A stretch of DNA of 64,000 nt from Nitrospinota bacterium (GTDB lineage Bacteria; Nitrospinota_A; UBA7883; JACRLM01). The notes under the pieces were generated by a model. The model was not told the origin of the DNA. It searched no databases and saw only the letters and a list, made by a program, of their open reading frames with translations. Numbering within the stretch: position 1 is the first letter of the stretch; each line of letters opens with the position of its first letter. Shown one piece after another: positions 35,683 through 45,658 of the stretch. The DNA lies in NCBI GenBank assembly GCA_016235255.1, contig JACRLM010000087.1, forward strand, positions 542 through 64,541. The letters run 5' to 3'. A program made the translations under genes and the position numbers.

Positions 35683-38243
35683 AAAGGGGCCCCGGCGTTA
35701 CCCGGTTCAACAAGTTCCACCTCTCCATCTGGCTCAGGAGCGGGGGGCGGCGATGGAGCCTGGCTTTCTCCGGAAGGAGCGTCCACCGGTTTTTCCGGTT
35801 GGACCGGCGCGGCTGGCTCAGCATCCAGCGGGGATGGCTGCTCCGGCGCGGCTACTTCGCCCGCCGCCGATTCAGCCGGCTTTTCAGCGGGCGCAACGGG
35901 CACAGGCTGCTCCACCTTTTCCTTCACCCCGGATTTTTTCTCCTCCAGCTTTTTTTCCACTGGCGCGGCTTTTTCCGCGGCTGGTTCCTTGACCTCTTTT
36001 ACGGCGCTTCCAAAATCACCTTCAAGCTGGGTGTTCACGGAAATCTTGCCCCGCTTGGAGTTGGTCACCGCGTCAGCGTCCTCCGCCTTGGTGATAATGT
36101 GCGGCGTGAGGAAGACGATCAGGTTCGTCTTGGTCTTTTGCTTCTTCGCCGATTTGAACAGCCAGCCGAACAGCGGCACGTCGCCGAAGAAGGGTATCTT
36201 CGTCTCCTGGTCGGTAAGGTCGTCACTCATCAGCCCGCCGATGACAATGTTCTGCGAATCATGAACGACAACCGTGGTCTTCACCGAACGGGTGAACGTC
36301 ATGATGTCCTTGGCCACCTGGTCGGCGGTGGGGAGCACCGATGAAATCTCCTGGTACACGGCCATGCGCACCTCGCCGGAGTCGGATATCTGCGGCTTTA
36401 TCTTCAAAGTGATACCCACGTTCTTGCGCTCGAAGGTGGACACCACGTTGCCCCCCGTGGTCTGCGACTGGCTTGTCTGGAACGGCACGTTCTTGGCCAC
36501 GATGATTTCGGCCTCTTCGTTGTCGGTGGTCATGATGTTCGGCGTGGACAGCACGTTCACCCCGCTTTCCGACTGCATGGCGTGAAGCAGCGCCCCGATG
36601 TTGAGGAACTCCGCCCCGCCAAAGGATATCAGGCCGTCCACAACGCCCACCGTCAGCCCCTGCGGGGCGTTGAGGGGGTTTTGCGCCACGGTGTTGATGT
36701 TGCCGTAGTTCGTGCCGCCGATCCCCTGCACGCCGGTGTTGGTGAAGTTGGAAGTGGTGCGCCACTCTATGCCTAACTCCCGCGTCTTGTCGCTGGAGAC
36801 TTCCATGATAAGCGTCTCCACGAACACCTGCTTGCGGCGGATGTCCAGCTTGTCTATCACCTGGTTGAGGGTCTCGTAATCGTCCACGGAGGCTGTGATC
36901 ACAAGGGAGTTTGTGATCTTGTCCGGCGTGATGGTCACCTTGTCCTGCAGCTTGAGCGCCTGCGAGGGGGCGCCCTGCCTGCCTGCCTGGGCCGTGGCGG
37001 GCTGGGCCAGGGTCATGTTGTTTAGCACTTTGGCCACGTTCTCCGCGTCCGCGTTCTTCAGGTAGCGCACGTTCACGCCGCCTCGCCCGGTCTCCGGTTT
37101 CACGTCCAGCCGGTCAACAAGCGATTGTATCTGCTCCATCATCGGCTTTGCGGCGATCACGATGAGCGCGTTGATCCGCTCGTCCGCCATCACCATCACC
37201 TCCGCCTGGCTCCATCCTCCGGTGGCCGTCTGGGCTCCTGCCGCGGCCTGACCAGCCGCCGGAGCGGCCGTCCCTCCGCTTTTTACGTTGCGCGTCTTGA
37301 ATATCTTTTCCACCTTGTCGGCCAGGTCTTTCGCCCCGGCGTACTTTAGCTGGATGACGGCGGTGATCTCCTCATGGGTCTGCGAGTCCAGTTGGTCGAG
37401 GATGGCGGCCAGTTTTTCCACGTTGGAGGCGTTGTCCACGATTATCACCGTGTTGGTGGCGCCAAATGCCGTGATGAAGCTATAGCTGGGGACAAGGGGG
37501 CGCAACACGTTCACTATGTCGTCGGCCTTCACATATTTCAGCGGGAACAGCCTTGTGATCATCCTGTCGCCCATCATGGCGGATGGCTTGAAGGAGCCGC
37601 GCTGGCGGGCGTCCATGGCCGGCACCACCTTTATCACCCGCCCTGCTTCCACCAGGGAATAGCCGTGGACCTCCAGCGTGGACTCCAGCACCCGTATAGC
37701 CTCCGCCGCAGTGACGGGCTGGGGCGATACGATGGTCACTTTGCCTTTCACTTTTTCGTCTATTACGAAGTTGCGTCCGGTGATCTCCGCGATGAACTTC
37801 ACGACAAGCTTGATGTCCATATCGCTAAAATCAATATTCACCTTTTCGCCCGATTTCAAAGGTTCGGCCCGGGTGGACATGTCCACCTTGTTGGCGATCC
37901 CCCCGGCTGGTGATGGAGGTGGAGGGGGGACAGGCGCATCCGGCCGCGCCATGTCCGGCTTTGGCATATCAGGCCGGGCCATATCTGGCCGGGGCTTTGC
38001 CTGCATCACCGGCGTTGCGGGGGGCTGTTGCTGGGAAAACGGGGGAGGAGGAGGCGCGGCGGGGGCCTGTGGGGGCTGTGGCGCCTCCGGGGCGGGCTGC
38101 TGGGCCGCCTGCGCCCCATCGTCCACCACCTCCTGCTGCTGTGCGGCGGCCATGCGCGATCCGGCCGCGATGGCCAGGATGGCGGCGGTCAAAAGCAGCG
38201 CCGCGATGGTCTTTCTTTTTTTGATTCGGGTCTGTCCGGTCAT
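35679..38243 (-). CDS. gspD: Type II secretion secretin GspD with proline-rich N-terminal repeats and long C-terminal low-complexity extension
   Basis: N0/N1-N3 domains (FSDMDIKLVVKFIAEITGRNFVID...) and secretin C-domain (VVVHDSQNIVIGGLMSD...); 854 aa. Confidence 0.9.
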   Translation of the reverse strand: MTGQTRIKKRKTIAALLLTAAILAIAAGSRMAAAQQQEVVDDGAQAAQQPAPEAPQPPQAPAAPPPPPFSQQQPPATPVMQAKPRPDMARPDMPKPDMARPDAPVPPPPPSPAGGIANKVDMSTRAEPLKSGEKVNIDFSDMDIKLVVKFIAEITGRNFVIDEKVKGKVTIVSPQPVTAAEAIRVLESTLEVHGYSLVEAGRVIKVVPAMDARQRGSFKPSAMMGDRMITRLFPLKYVKADDIVNVLRPLVPSYSFITAFGATNTVIIVDNASNVEKLAAILDQLDSQTHEEITAVIQLKYAGAKDLADKVEKIFKTRNVKSGGTAAPAAGQAAAGAQTATGGWSQAEVMVMADERINALIVIAAKPMMEQIQSLVDRLDVKPETGRGGVNVRYLKNADAENVAKVLNNMTLAQPATAQAGRQGAPSQALKLQDKVTITPDKITNSLVITASVDDYETLNQVIDKLDIRRKQVFVETLIMEVSSDKTRELGIEWRTTSNFTNTGVQGIGGTNYGNINTVAQNPLNAPQGLTVGVVDGLISFGGAEFLNIGALLHAMQSESGVNVLSTPNIMTTDNEEAEIIVAKNVPFQTSQSQTTGGNVVSTFERKNVGITLKIKPQISDSGEVRMAVYQEISSVLPTADQVAKDIMTFTRSVKTTVVVHDSQNIVIGGLMSDDLTDQETKIPFFGDVPLFGWLFKSAKKQKTKTNLIVFLTPHIITKAEDADAVTNSKRGKISVNTQLEGDFGSAVKEVKEPAAEKAAPVEKKLEEKKSGVKEKVEQPVPVAPAEKPAESAAGEVAAPEQPSPLDAEPAAPVQPEKPVDAPSGESQAPSPPPAPEPDGEVELVEPGNAGAPL

Positions 38244-39157
38244 TGCACGCTGAACCTCATGGATGATTTTTGACTGTTCCGCACAAGATCTACGTTGAAA
38301 TCCGTCTCATTGCGGAGGGCCTGGAAAAGCTCCAGCCCCTTTTCCGCGGAGTTTAACTCTATGCCGTTTATCCTTTTGACCACGTCCTGGTTCTGCAACC
38401 CGATCTTGTCGAACAGCGAACCTTTGCGTATCGCAAAAATCTTGAATCCGTCGGTGGCCCCTTCCTTGGTCATGTTGGGCACCGCGCGCACGTCGGTCAA
38501 AAGCTGGTTCATGGAGGCCAGTTGCGATTCCAGGTACCGTTTGGATACGGAGTAATCGGTGTCTGACAACTGGCTCACGTCCTGGCCTGGCGTTCCCTTG
38601 GCCGCCATTGCGGCGCCCCTGCCCCCCATTCCGGCCCCCTCGCCGAATTCAACCTCCAAAGACTCCATCCGCCCCTGCCGGTTCAAGATCAGTTTGTTCC
38701 TGAAAATGGCGGATATCATGGCTCCGGAAACCTGGTCCCCCATCTTGAAAAGTTTTTGTTCCTTGCTATCCTGCAACTCTATGGCGGCCAGCCGGTATTT
38801 CCCTTCCGGATCAATCACTGTGCCCACCAGTTTTAAAGGAAGGGAAGTTTTCGGCGCACGCAAGTCCGAGCCCCCCCCCAGCATAGAGCCCATCGCCGGG
38901 CCGCTGTCCACCGTTTCCTCCGGCCGCTGGGCCGAGTTGAATATATTCTTTTGAATAATAAAGCCATAGTCCGTTTCCGCCGCCGGGGGAACAGGACGGA
39001 AAGGCTGGGGCGCAGGTTTGGCCAAAGCTGGTTTGGGAGCGGACGCAAAGCTTGCCGCTATGATCGCCGAAGCCGCCCCGGCGGTCACCCACGCAATCCA
39101 ACCTATTGTAAACAGGTGGATTGCCGTCCATCCTCGTTTCGGTATCCGTATCTTCAT
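38240..39157 (-). CDS. gspC: Type II secretion protein GspC (TM anchor, HR domain, C-terminal PDZ domain)
   Basis: N-terminal TM; PDZ-like C-terminus (FKIFAIRKGSLFDKIGLQNQDVVKRINGIELNS); immediately upstream of gspD. Confidence 0.75.
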   Translation of the reverse strand: MKIRIPKRGWTAIHLFTIGWIAWVTAGAASAIIAASFASAPKPALAKPAPQPFRPVPPAAETDYGFIIQKNIFNSAQRPEETVDSGPAMGSMLGGGSDLRAPKTSLPLKLVGTVIDPEGKYRLAAIELQDSKEQKLFKMGDQVSGAMISAIFRNKLILNRQGRMESLEVEFGEGAGMGGRGAAMAAKGTPGQDVSQLSDTDYSVSKRYLESQLASMNQLLTDVRAVPNMTKEGATDGFKIFAIRKGSLFDKIGLQNQDVVKRINGIELNSAEKGLELFQALRNETDFNVDLVRNSQKSSMRFSVQ

Positions 39158-39269
39158 CCGTTCACTTTATCGTTTGGCCACACGACACCATTGGGAGTGG
39201 TACGGACAGGGGAGCGTGATTTTAGTAAATACTGGATAAAAAGTGGCTAAATGGTGGAAAATTATCTTT

Positions 39270-39953
39270 TTATTTGCCCCGCCACACGCTTATATCGTCA
39301 CCTATCGTATTCTCTATGGCCACGAGCGTCTTGTTCACCTCCAGCACCATGGTCGGCTTTTTCTGGCTCACTTTCACCATGGCTCCGGGGGCGATGCCAA
39401 GCGACAACAACTTGAACATCCTCCCTTCGTGGGGGGTGTTGATATGGGCGATGCGGGCCTCTTCGCCGGCCTTCAGGGAGCTTAACGGCATCACCATGCT
39501 GTCCACTGTCCTGCGCTCTTCCTCGCAGCATTTCCCTTTTGGGATGGGGGAGCCGTGGGGGCATGTGCGCGGATGGCCAAGCAGGATGCATATGGACTCC
39601 ACAAGCTCCGGCGCCAGCACATGCTCGAACTCGCATGCGGCGTTCTCCGTCTCGTTCGGGGCCACGTTTAGCACGTCCGCCACCAATCTTTCGGCGAGGC
39701 GGTGGCGCCGGATAATGTCCCGCGCCACTTCACGTCCTTTGTCCGTAAGCTCGATATTGGTCCCGTCGAAAAGCACCACGCCGCTTGCCGAAAAATCAGT
39801 GAGCGATTTTTCAAACTCCCCGGTCTGGTCGTGGGTCCTCAATGATTCAAGGGTGAGGTCGTGGCACTCGTCCAGATGCCACAGCATCTCCAGGAACTCG
39901 TCTTTCCGGAAACGGTCTTCATCTCCGCCCATATCGGCCTTTCTGTGTTCCAA
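39270..39953 (-). CDS. DtxR/IdeR family metal-dependent transcriptional repressor with C-terminal SH3-like (FeoA-type) domain
   Basis: Winged-HTH (TDKGREVARDIIRRHRLAERLV); metal-site residues (C,E,H); FeoA/SH3-like C-terminus; 3 nt downstream of feoB. Confidence 0.75.
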   Translation of the reverse strand: MEHRKADMGGDEDRFRKDEFLEMLWHLDECHDLTLESLRTHDQTGEFEKSLTDFSASGVVLFDGTNIELTDKGREVARDIIRRHRLAERLVADVLNVAPNETENAACEFEHVLAPELVESICILLGHPRTCPHGSPIPKGKCCEEERRTVDSMVMPLSSLKAGEEARIAHINTPHEGRMFKLLSLGIAPGAMVKVSQKKPTMVLEVNKTLVAIENTIGDDISVWRGK

Positions 39954-39956
39954 GCG

Positions 39957-41912
39957 TTAAAAAATGCCCAGCAGGGCGTTTAGCGCCGTCCCGGCTGCGA
40001 TGGCTATCACCATTATGGCGCCGTTGATATAAACCGCCGTTTTCAGCCCAAGCTCCTTTATCATCATCATGGTGTTGGAAACGCAGGGGATGAAAAGGGT
40101 CATCACCACAAGCCCCACGATTATCTGGCGGATGTCCAGCGCCCCGGAGTCCACCATATTCTTAAAGTATACCGCCCCCAGTTCACGCCGCGCCAGCACG
40201 AGAATGAACACTTCCGTCACCTTGTCCGGCAGCGACAAAAGCCCGGTGACGATGGGTTGCGAAAGCTGCTTTACAATCCGCAGAAGCCCAGTTTTGTCCA
40301 TGCCGTAAATGAGTATGGCCCCGCCCATGAAAAGCGGCAGCGCCTCCACGAGGAACGAGCGCACCCGGAAGTATGTTTTCCGGCCTATGTTCTTAAGATC
40401 GGGAGCCTTGAAGGCGGGAAGCTCCAGAATAAAGTCCGAGACGCGGTCGGTCTTCAAAAGCCGGTTTAGCAATATCCCGCAAACGATCTGGGTCAAAGTA
40501 ACGGTCCCGATGACAAGCACGATTGCCGAAAAAGGAGTGGTGGCGAGGATCGCCAGCATCACGCCAAGCTGCACGGCGCAAGGGACGCCCAAAGCGATGA
40601 GAAACGCCGCGATCACCCTTTCCTTTCGCGATTCAAGCATCCGGCTTGTCATGGTGGCCATGGTGTTGCATCCGAACCCCAGCGACATGGAAAGCACCGC
40701 CTTGCCGGTGAGCCCCATATAGGAGAACATCCTGTTGGCAAGGACGCTAAGGTTGGGAAGGTATCCCACTTCTTCCAGAAAGCCGACTATCAGAAAGAAC
40801 ACCACAAGGATCGGCACCACGGTTTCAACGGCGTTCATCAGGCCCATAGTGACAATCCCGTATGGCCCCACCATGAAATCGCGCAACACTTGATTGGATA
40901 TGGATGTCTCTATCAAAACGGTCAATGGGGCAAAGAGCGTCATGTGCAAAAGGTTGGCGATCCAAGTGGCCACGATGGCCACCCCCTGGAATGTGACCCA
41001 CATGACGCCCAATAGTATCGGCCATCCGAAGACCGGATGGCGCGACGCCCAACCGGCGTAATGGGCAAACCCGGGGGCCGACACAAGCCGCTGCGCCGTG
41101 ACGTTTTCGGCCACCCTGTCCGCCCATGCGGAGCAGGCGTTGAACACCGCCTGTTTCAAGTCCATCGTTGGAGTCTTGCGGCGCAAAGTTTGAGAAGCGT
41201 TCTTTATGACTTCCGCCGCGCGCTGGCCGAATTCGGCTAAAGCGAGTTTATGCTCTCTTTCGCCCCCCAGAAGGAACACCAGCGCCTCACCCCGGGAGAC
41301 GCCGCGCCCGCTGCCCGCCAATTCCCTTATTACCGTGTCCACCGCTTCGTCCACCGCCGGATGGGGCAGCTGCACCACCCCTTCCTGCGGCACGGCCTTT
41401 TTGATCGCCTGCTCGATTTCGTTTAGTCCGATCGCCTTGGCGGCGTCAATTTCTATCACCGGCGACTTGATGCTCCGCGAAAGCTCTTCGGAGTCCACAG
41501 CCATCCCCCCCTTCCAGGCGGCGTCCGTCTTGTTCAGGGCGAACACCGTGGGTATGGACAGTTCGGCGATCTGCGAGAAAAGCGTGAGCGACCGTTTCAG
41601 CCGCGTGGAATCGGCCGTGAAAATTATCACGTCCGGCTTGCCTGTTATCAGCGCGTCGCGCGAAATGCGCTCCTCCCCGGAGAGCACATGCAGGGAGTTG
41701 ACCCCCGGCGTGTCCCATATTTCGTATATCTCGCCGCCGATACGGCATTCGTCCCGGATGAGCTGAACTGTGCTGTGGGGATAATTGGACACCTCCGAAT
41801 AGGAGGGGGCGAACATATTGAAGATAGCGCTTTTGCCGGCGTTGGAAAGGCCTGCGATCACTATTTTCTTTTTAGCGTGAGGCTTTGGCCCGGGCTGTAC
41901 CGCGTCGTTCAA
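39957..41912 (-). CDS. feoB: Ferrous iron transporter FeoB
   Basis: G-domain (KKIVIAGLSNAGKSAIFN, DTPG) followed by a polytopic permease domain; 651 aa. Confidence 0.9.
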   Translation of the reverse strand: MNDAVQPGPKPHAKKKIVIAGLSNAGKSAIFNMFAPSYSEVSNYPHSTVQLIRDECRIGGEIYEIWDTPGVNSLHVLSGEERISRDALITGKPDVIIFTADSTRLKRSLTLFSQIAELSIPTVFALNKTDAAWKGGMAVDSEELSRSIKSPVIEIDAAKAIGLNEIEQAIKKAVPQEGVVQLPHPAVDEAVDTVIRELAGSGRGVSRGEALVFLLGGEREHKLALAEFGQRAAEVIKNASQTLRRKTPTMDLKQAVFNACSAWADRVAENVTAQRLVSAPGFAHYAGWASRHPVFGWPILLGVMWVTFQGVAIVATWIANLLHMTLFAPLTVLIETSISNQVLRDFMVGPYGIVTMGLMNAVETVVPILVVFFLIVGFLEEVGYLPNLSVLANRMFSYMGLTGKAVLSMSLGFGCNTMATMTSRMLESRKERVIAAFLIALGVPCAVQLGVMLAILATTPFSAIVLVIGTVTLTQIVCGILLNRLLKTDRVSDFILELPAFKAPDLKNIGRKTYFRVRSFLVEALPLFMGGAILIYGMDKTGLLRIVKQLSQPIVTGLLSLPDKVTEVFILVLARRELGAVYFKNMVDSGALDIRQIIVGLVVMTLFIPCVSNTMMMIKELGLKTAVYINGAIMVIAIAAGTALNALLGIF

Positions 41913-43042
41913 GGGTTTCGCAACCTTTGCAGGAACCCGGCTATATTATCCGCCGCGCGCCCCGCCGCCCCTTTTCCACCGAGCAAAAGCCGGATTTTGC
42001 CCAGTTCGCCGCGCATATGGTCACGCTTGGCCTGGGAGGTAAGGTATGGCAGGGCGGCCGCGGCCACATTCTGCGGTGTGGCGCTCCACTGGATCAGTTC
42101 CGGAGCGATTTCGCGCCCCGCCACAAGATTAGGCAGGCCGGCCCATTTAACATGGGCCAACGATTTTGCCAGCATGTATGAAAACGTGTCCGATTTGTAA
42201 ACGATCGCCATCGGCGTTCCCGCTATGGCGGCCTGGAGTGTGGATGTGCCGGACTTGCAAAGCAGGAAGTCGCACGCGTTCATCACTTCCCATGTCCGCC
42301 CTTTGACGATCAAAGGATCGTCCCCGGCGGCCTGGGCCAGGCGGCGCATCATGCCCAAATCAACGGAATCGGCGCAGGCGGCCACGATCTTCACAGGCTT
42401 TGTGGCCCGTATGATTTTCACCGCGTCGAGCATCAGCGGGAACATCCTGTTCACTTCGCCGTTCCTTGAGCCGGGCAAAAGCCCAAGAAGAATCTGCCCC
42501 GCGTGCGCCCCGAACTCGGCCCTCAACGCTTCCCTGTCCAATCCTTCCATTTGCAGCTCGTCAAGGATGGGGTGGCCTGAAAACCTTGCTGGCACTCCCC
42601 ACCCCTTGTAAAATTCCTCCTCGAACGGGAACACCACGAACATCATGTCCACCCAGCGTTTGACCGCGTGTATCCTGTAACTGCGCCAGGCCCAGAACTG
42701 GGGCGCCACATAATAAAAGACCGGTATCCCGGCCGCGTCCGCCGCCTTGGCCAGCCGCATGTTAAAATCCGGATAGTCGATGATTATCAGCGCCTCGTAT
42801 TCTCCGGAGGATATCTTCTGCTTCATCTCGCGCAGGACCTTGAGGAAAAACCCGATGCATCCCAGCATGGACGAAACGCCCACCGACGACATCTGGGCGA
42901 TGTCGTAAAAAGTGGCGCCCCCCGCCTCGCGCATCCGCTGGCCGCCGATGCCTTCCACGGCAAGGTTGTCCATGCGATCGCGCAGCTGTGAAATCAGCCG
43001 CCCGGCGTATATGTCGCCCGACTCCTCCCCGGCCACCAGCAT
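41909..43042 (-). CDS. lpxB: Lipid-A-disaccharide synthase LpxB
   Basis: MLVAGEESGDIYAG...IIIDYPDFNMRLAK...PQFWAWR, canonical LpxB; start chosen at MLVAGE by homology (alternative upstream ATG at 43105 overlaps the GT2 gene). Confidence 0.8.
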   Translation of the reverse strand: MLVAGEESGDIYAGRLISQLRDRMDNLAVEGIGGQRMREAGGATFYDIAQMSSVGVSSMLGCIGFFLKVLREMKQKISSGEYEALIIIDYPDFNMRLAKAADAAGIPVFYYVAPQFWAWRSYRIHAVKRWVDMMFVVFPFEEEFYKGWGVPARFSGHPILDELQMEGLDREALRAEFGAHAGQILLGLLPGSRNGEVNRMFPLMLDAVKIIRATKPVKIVAACADSVDLGMMRRLAQAAGDDPLIVKGRTWEVMNACDFLLCKSGTSTLQAAIAGTPMAIVYKSDTFSYMLAKSLAHVKWAGLPNLVAGREIAPELIQWSATPQNVAAAALPYLTSQAKRDHMRGELGKIRLLLGGKGAAGRAADNIAGFLQRLRNP

Positions 43043-43077
43043 GATCTTGCGTTGACGGGGTTTGAGAATGCCGCGCC

Positions 43078-43788
43078 CTATTGTGCTGTGAAGCGTATCT
43101 GCCATACTCTGAATATCGCTTCCAAAAATATTTTCCAGGACATCTTGGACTTGCCGCCCACCCTGTCTGTGAATACTATCGGTATCTCTTTTATTTTAAG
43201 CCCCTTTTTATGGACGCGATAGGTAAGCTCTATCTGGAACGAGTAGCCTTCCGACCGCACGGCGTCAAGGTCTATGGCCTCCAGCGTCCGCCTGCGGAAA
43301 CACTTAAAGCCCCCCGTGACGTCATGAATTGGTATGTTGAGGATTGTGCGCGAGTACACGCTGCCGCCGATGGAAATCATCTTGCGCAACAACGGCCAAT
43401 TCTCCACCCCGCCACCTTCCACATACCGGGAGCCGAGCACCAGGTCCGCTCTCTTTATCTCCTCCAGGAATTTTGGAAGGTACGCCGGATTGTGCGAAAA
43501 ATCGGCGTCCATTTCGAACACAACGTCAAAATCCCGCGCCAGGGCATACTTGAAACCAGCTATATATGCGCTCCCCAGCCCCATTTTCCCGGGGCGGCGA
43601 AGGATGTCCATTTTCTCAGGATCGAGTTCCTTCATTTTCTCGACGATGACGGCCGTGCCATCGGGCGAGTTGTCGTCCACGACGAGGATACGGGCGGAAG
43701 GAACGTGCGAATGGATGGCTCCCGCGAGCTTCTCCACGTTCTCCGCCTCGTTATAGGTCGGGATGATAATCAGGACTTTTTGATCCAT
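43078..43788 (-). CDS. GT2 family glycosyltransferase, polyprenyl-phosphate sugar synthase type (Dpm1/ArnC-like)
   Basis: IIIPTYNEAENV, VVDDNSPDGT and DADFSHNP motifs. Confidence 0.8.
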   Translation of the reverse strand: MDQKVLIIIPTYNEAENVEKLAGAIHSHVPSARILVVDDNSPDGTAVIVEKMKELDPEKMDILRRPGKMGLGSAYIAGFKYALARDFDVVFEMDADFSHNPAYLPKFLEEIKRADLVLGSRYVEGGGVENWPLLRKMISIGGSVYSRTILNIPIHDVTGGFKCFRRRTLEAIDLDAVRSEGYSFQIELTYRVHKKGLKIKEIPIVFTDRVGGKSKMSWKIFLEAIFRVWQIRFTAQ

Positions 43789-43916
43789 GCAAAAACCGCC
43801 TCAAATTCCAGCCGCCACCCCAAGCGGGTGGCCTGATATTGAAAACAGCTATTGTATTGCAAGGGGGCAGGGGGGTAAATAGCGGGATTTGACCGCGGTG
43901 GTTTCTTTGAAGCAGA

Positions 43917-44336
43917 TTACGATTCGAGCCCATCAAGCAAAATCAAGACGCGCCTCTTGATTTCATCGCGGGTTCCACGGAATGCGGCCATGATTTCTTC
44001 TTCGGTCCCCTTGGCTTTCGCAGGATCCTCCAATGGCCAATGATCCTTGCGCGCGCCATGGGGCAGCGCCGGGCATCGCTCGTCAGCCTCGCCGCACACG
44101 GTGACCACCAAGTCCGCGTTTTGGATCATTTCATTTTTGAGGATTTTGGACTCCTGGCCGGAAATGTCCACCCCCGCCTCTTTCATCACCACGACAGCCC
44201 GTGGATTTTTGCCGTGCGCCTCGATTCCGGCGGACTGGACGCTGACGCCGCCACTTAATGTGCGCGCCCATCCCTCCGCCATCTGGCTGCGGCAGGAGTT
44301 ACCGGTGCACAAAAACAGGATGTTGATTTTGCCCAT
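43917..44336 (-). CDS. arsC: Arsenate reductase, LMW-PTPase family (thioredoxin-coupled ArsC)
   Basis: [14 protein letters not shown]-loop; 139 aa. Confidence 0.8.
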   Translation of the reverse strand: MGKINILFLCTGNSCRSQMAEGWARTLSGGVSVQSAGIEAHGKNPRAVVVMKEAGVDISGQESKILKNEMIQNADLVVTVCGEADERCPALPHGARKDHWPLEDPAKAKGTEEEIMAAFRGTRDEIKRRVLILLDGLES

Positions 44337-44385
44337 ATAAAAATACCGGCCTGATCATACGGCCAGGCCGGCCTGAAAACAACCT

Positions 44386-45594
44386 TCAGTACTTTATTAC
44401 TGTCCGGAACGCAACACGCGCCGGATCGTCGCTTGTGCCGTCAATGTCGCGCTTTGCATACTCGAGCGTGAACGCAAGATTGCTCAAGTGATAGCGGGCC
44501 GCGATGGCATACTGCGAGTCCTTGGTGGCGGTGGCTCCGGTCTTCTTCGTGGTGTCATAGGCCTGGTATGCGCCATATACCTCCAGGGCCTTGGGGAGCA
44601 CGAAGTAACCGACTCGTCCGTACCACCCCTTGATCTCGTAGCCGGGAAGGAGTGTGTCCTTGTCCCCGGTCTTCAAGGCGGCGTATTCGCCGTCTATCCA
44701 AAGCCCGAGGTCGGCCATGTTGAACTCGAAACCGGCGGAGTACATCATGCGGTCGATGTCCACCACGGTCTTGGTGTTCGAGTTGCTAACGGTGACGGCG
44801 CTGCCGTCGTCGCCCACCGCGCCGCTGTACGCGTTGAGGTTGACCACGGCGTTGTCATGCTTGTTAATGCCGTAGCCGGCGTTGATGCGCAGCCCGTCGA
44901 TCGGCTTTGCGATGATGGCGGCGGTGTAGGCCGCGTCACCGAAACCGTTGGACCATATCGCCTTGCCGCCCGACAAAGAGCCGCCCACGTCACCGTTGTT
45001 GCCGTAGCCGTTGGTGGCGGAAATCTTCACCGTGGCCATGTCGGCGATGTTCTTGACGGCGAATTCGACGCCGCGGTCGCGGGTGTTGTTCGAACCGGCC
45101 AGAAAGTTTGTGATCTGGGTCTTGCCCGCGACGAACTCCTCGAGGTTAGGGATGGCCGAGCCGCTGATCACGCCCACTTCGTAGGAGCCGTAGGGGCGGA
45201 ACTGGCCGATGTTGATCTCGAAATCCTTGCCAATGGGCCGGATGGTGGCCCACCCTTCCACGAGGAAGGCGGAGCTGGAAGCGCCGGTGCCGGAGCCGAT
45301 GGATCCGGAACCGTCGAAGAACACGTTATAGCCCAAGACGCCGTCGGCCATGTTCCCCTTGGCTCCAAGACGGGCCTGCTTTAACTGGAACCCGAAGGAC
45401 TTGTCCTTCCCCTTGTCTCCATTGGCGTCCACGGCGTGGTTGTAGGCGTTCTCGTCGAGAATGCCCCACATGGTCGAATAGCCGTACACCTCGTTGTTGT
45501 CGTTCACCTTGAACGCGGAAGCGTCCTTGGGCGAAATGGCGCAGAAGGCCGCCACGGCGGCGCCGTACGCCACCATCTTCTTCAGTCTGTTCAT
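44386..45594 (-). CDS. Phosphate-selective porin O/P family outer-membrane protein
   Basis: Signal peptide; beta-barrel ending in aromatic residue (…RTVIKY); OprO/OprP-like repeats; adjacent to pstS; start uncertain (45594-45633). Confidence 0.65.
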   Translation of the reverse strand: MNRLKKMVAYGAAVAAFCAISPKDASAFKVNDNNEVYGYSTMWGILDENAYNHAVDANGDKGKDKSFGFQLKQARLGAKGNMADGVLGYNVFFDGSGSIGSGTGASSSAFLVEGWATIRPIGKDFEINIGQFRPYGSYEVGVISGSAIPNLEEFVAGKTQITNFLAGSNNTRDRGVEFAVKNIADMATVKISATNGYGNNGDVGGSLSGGKAIWSNGFGDAAYTAAIIAKPIDGLRINAGYGINKHDNAVVNLNAYSGAVGDDGSAVTVSNSNTKTVVDIDRMMYSAGFEFNMADLGLWIDGEYAALKTGDKDTLLPGYEIKGWYGRVGYFVLPKALEVYGAYQAYDTTKKTGATATKDSQYAIAARYHLSNLAFTLEYAKRDIDGTSDDPARVAFRTVIKY

Positions 45595-45658
45595 GATCAT
45601 TTGCCTCATTAAGTTAAGAACGGTAAAAAACATGGCCGCCGATGGCGCGGCCCCCTCC

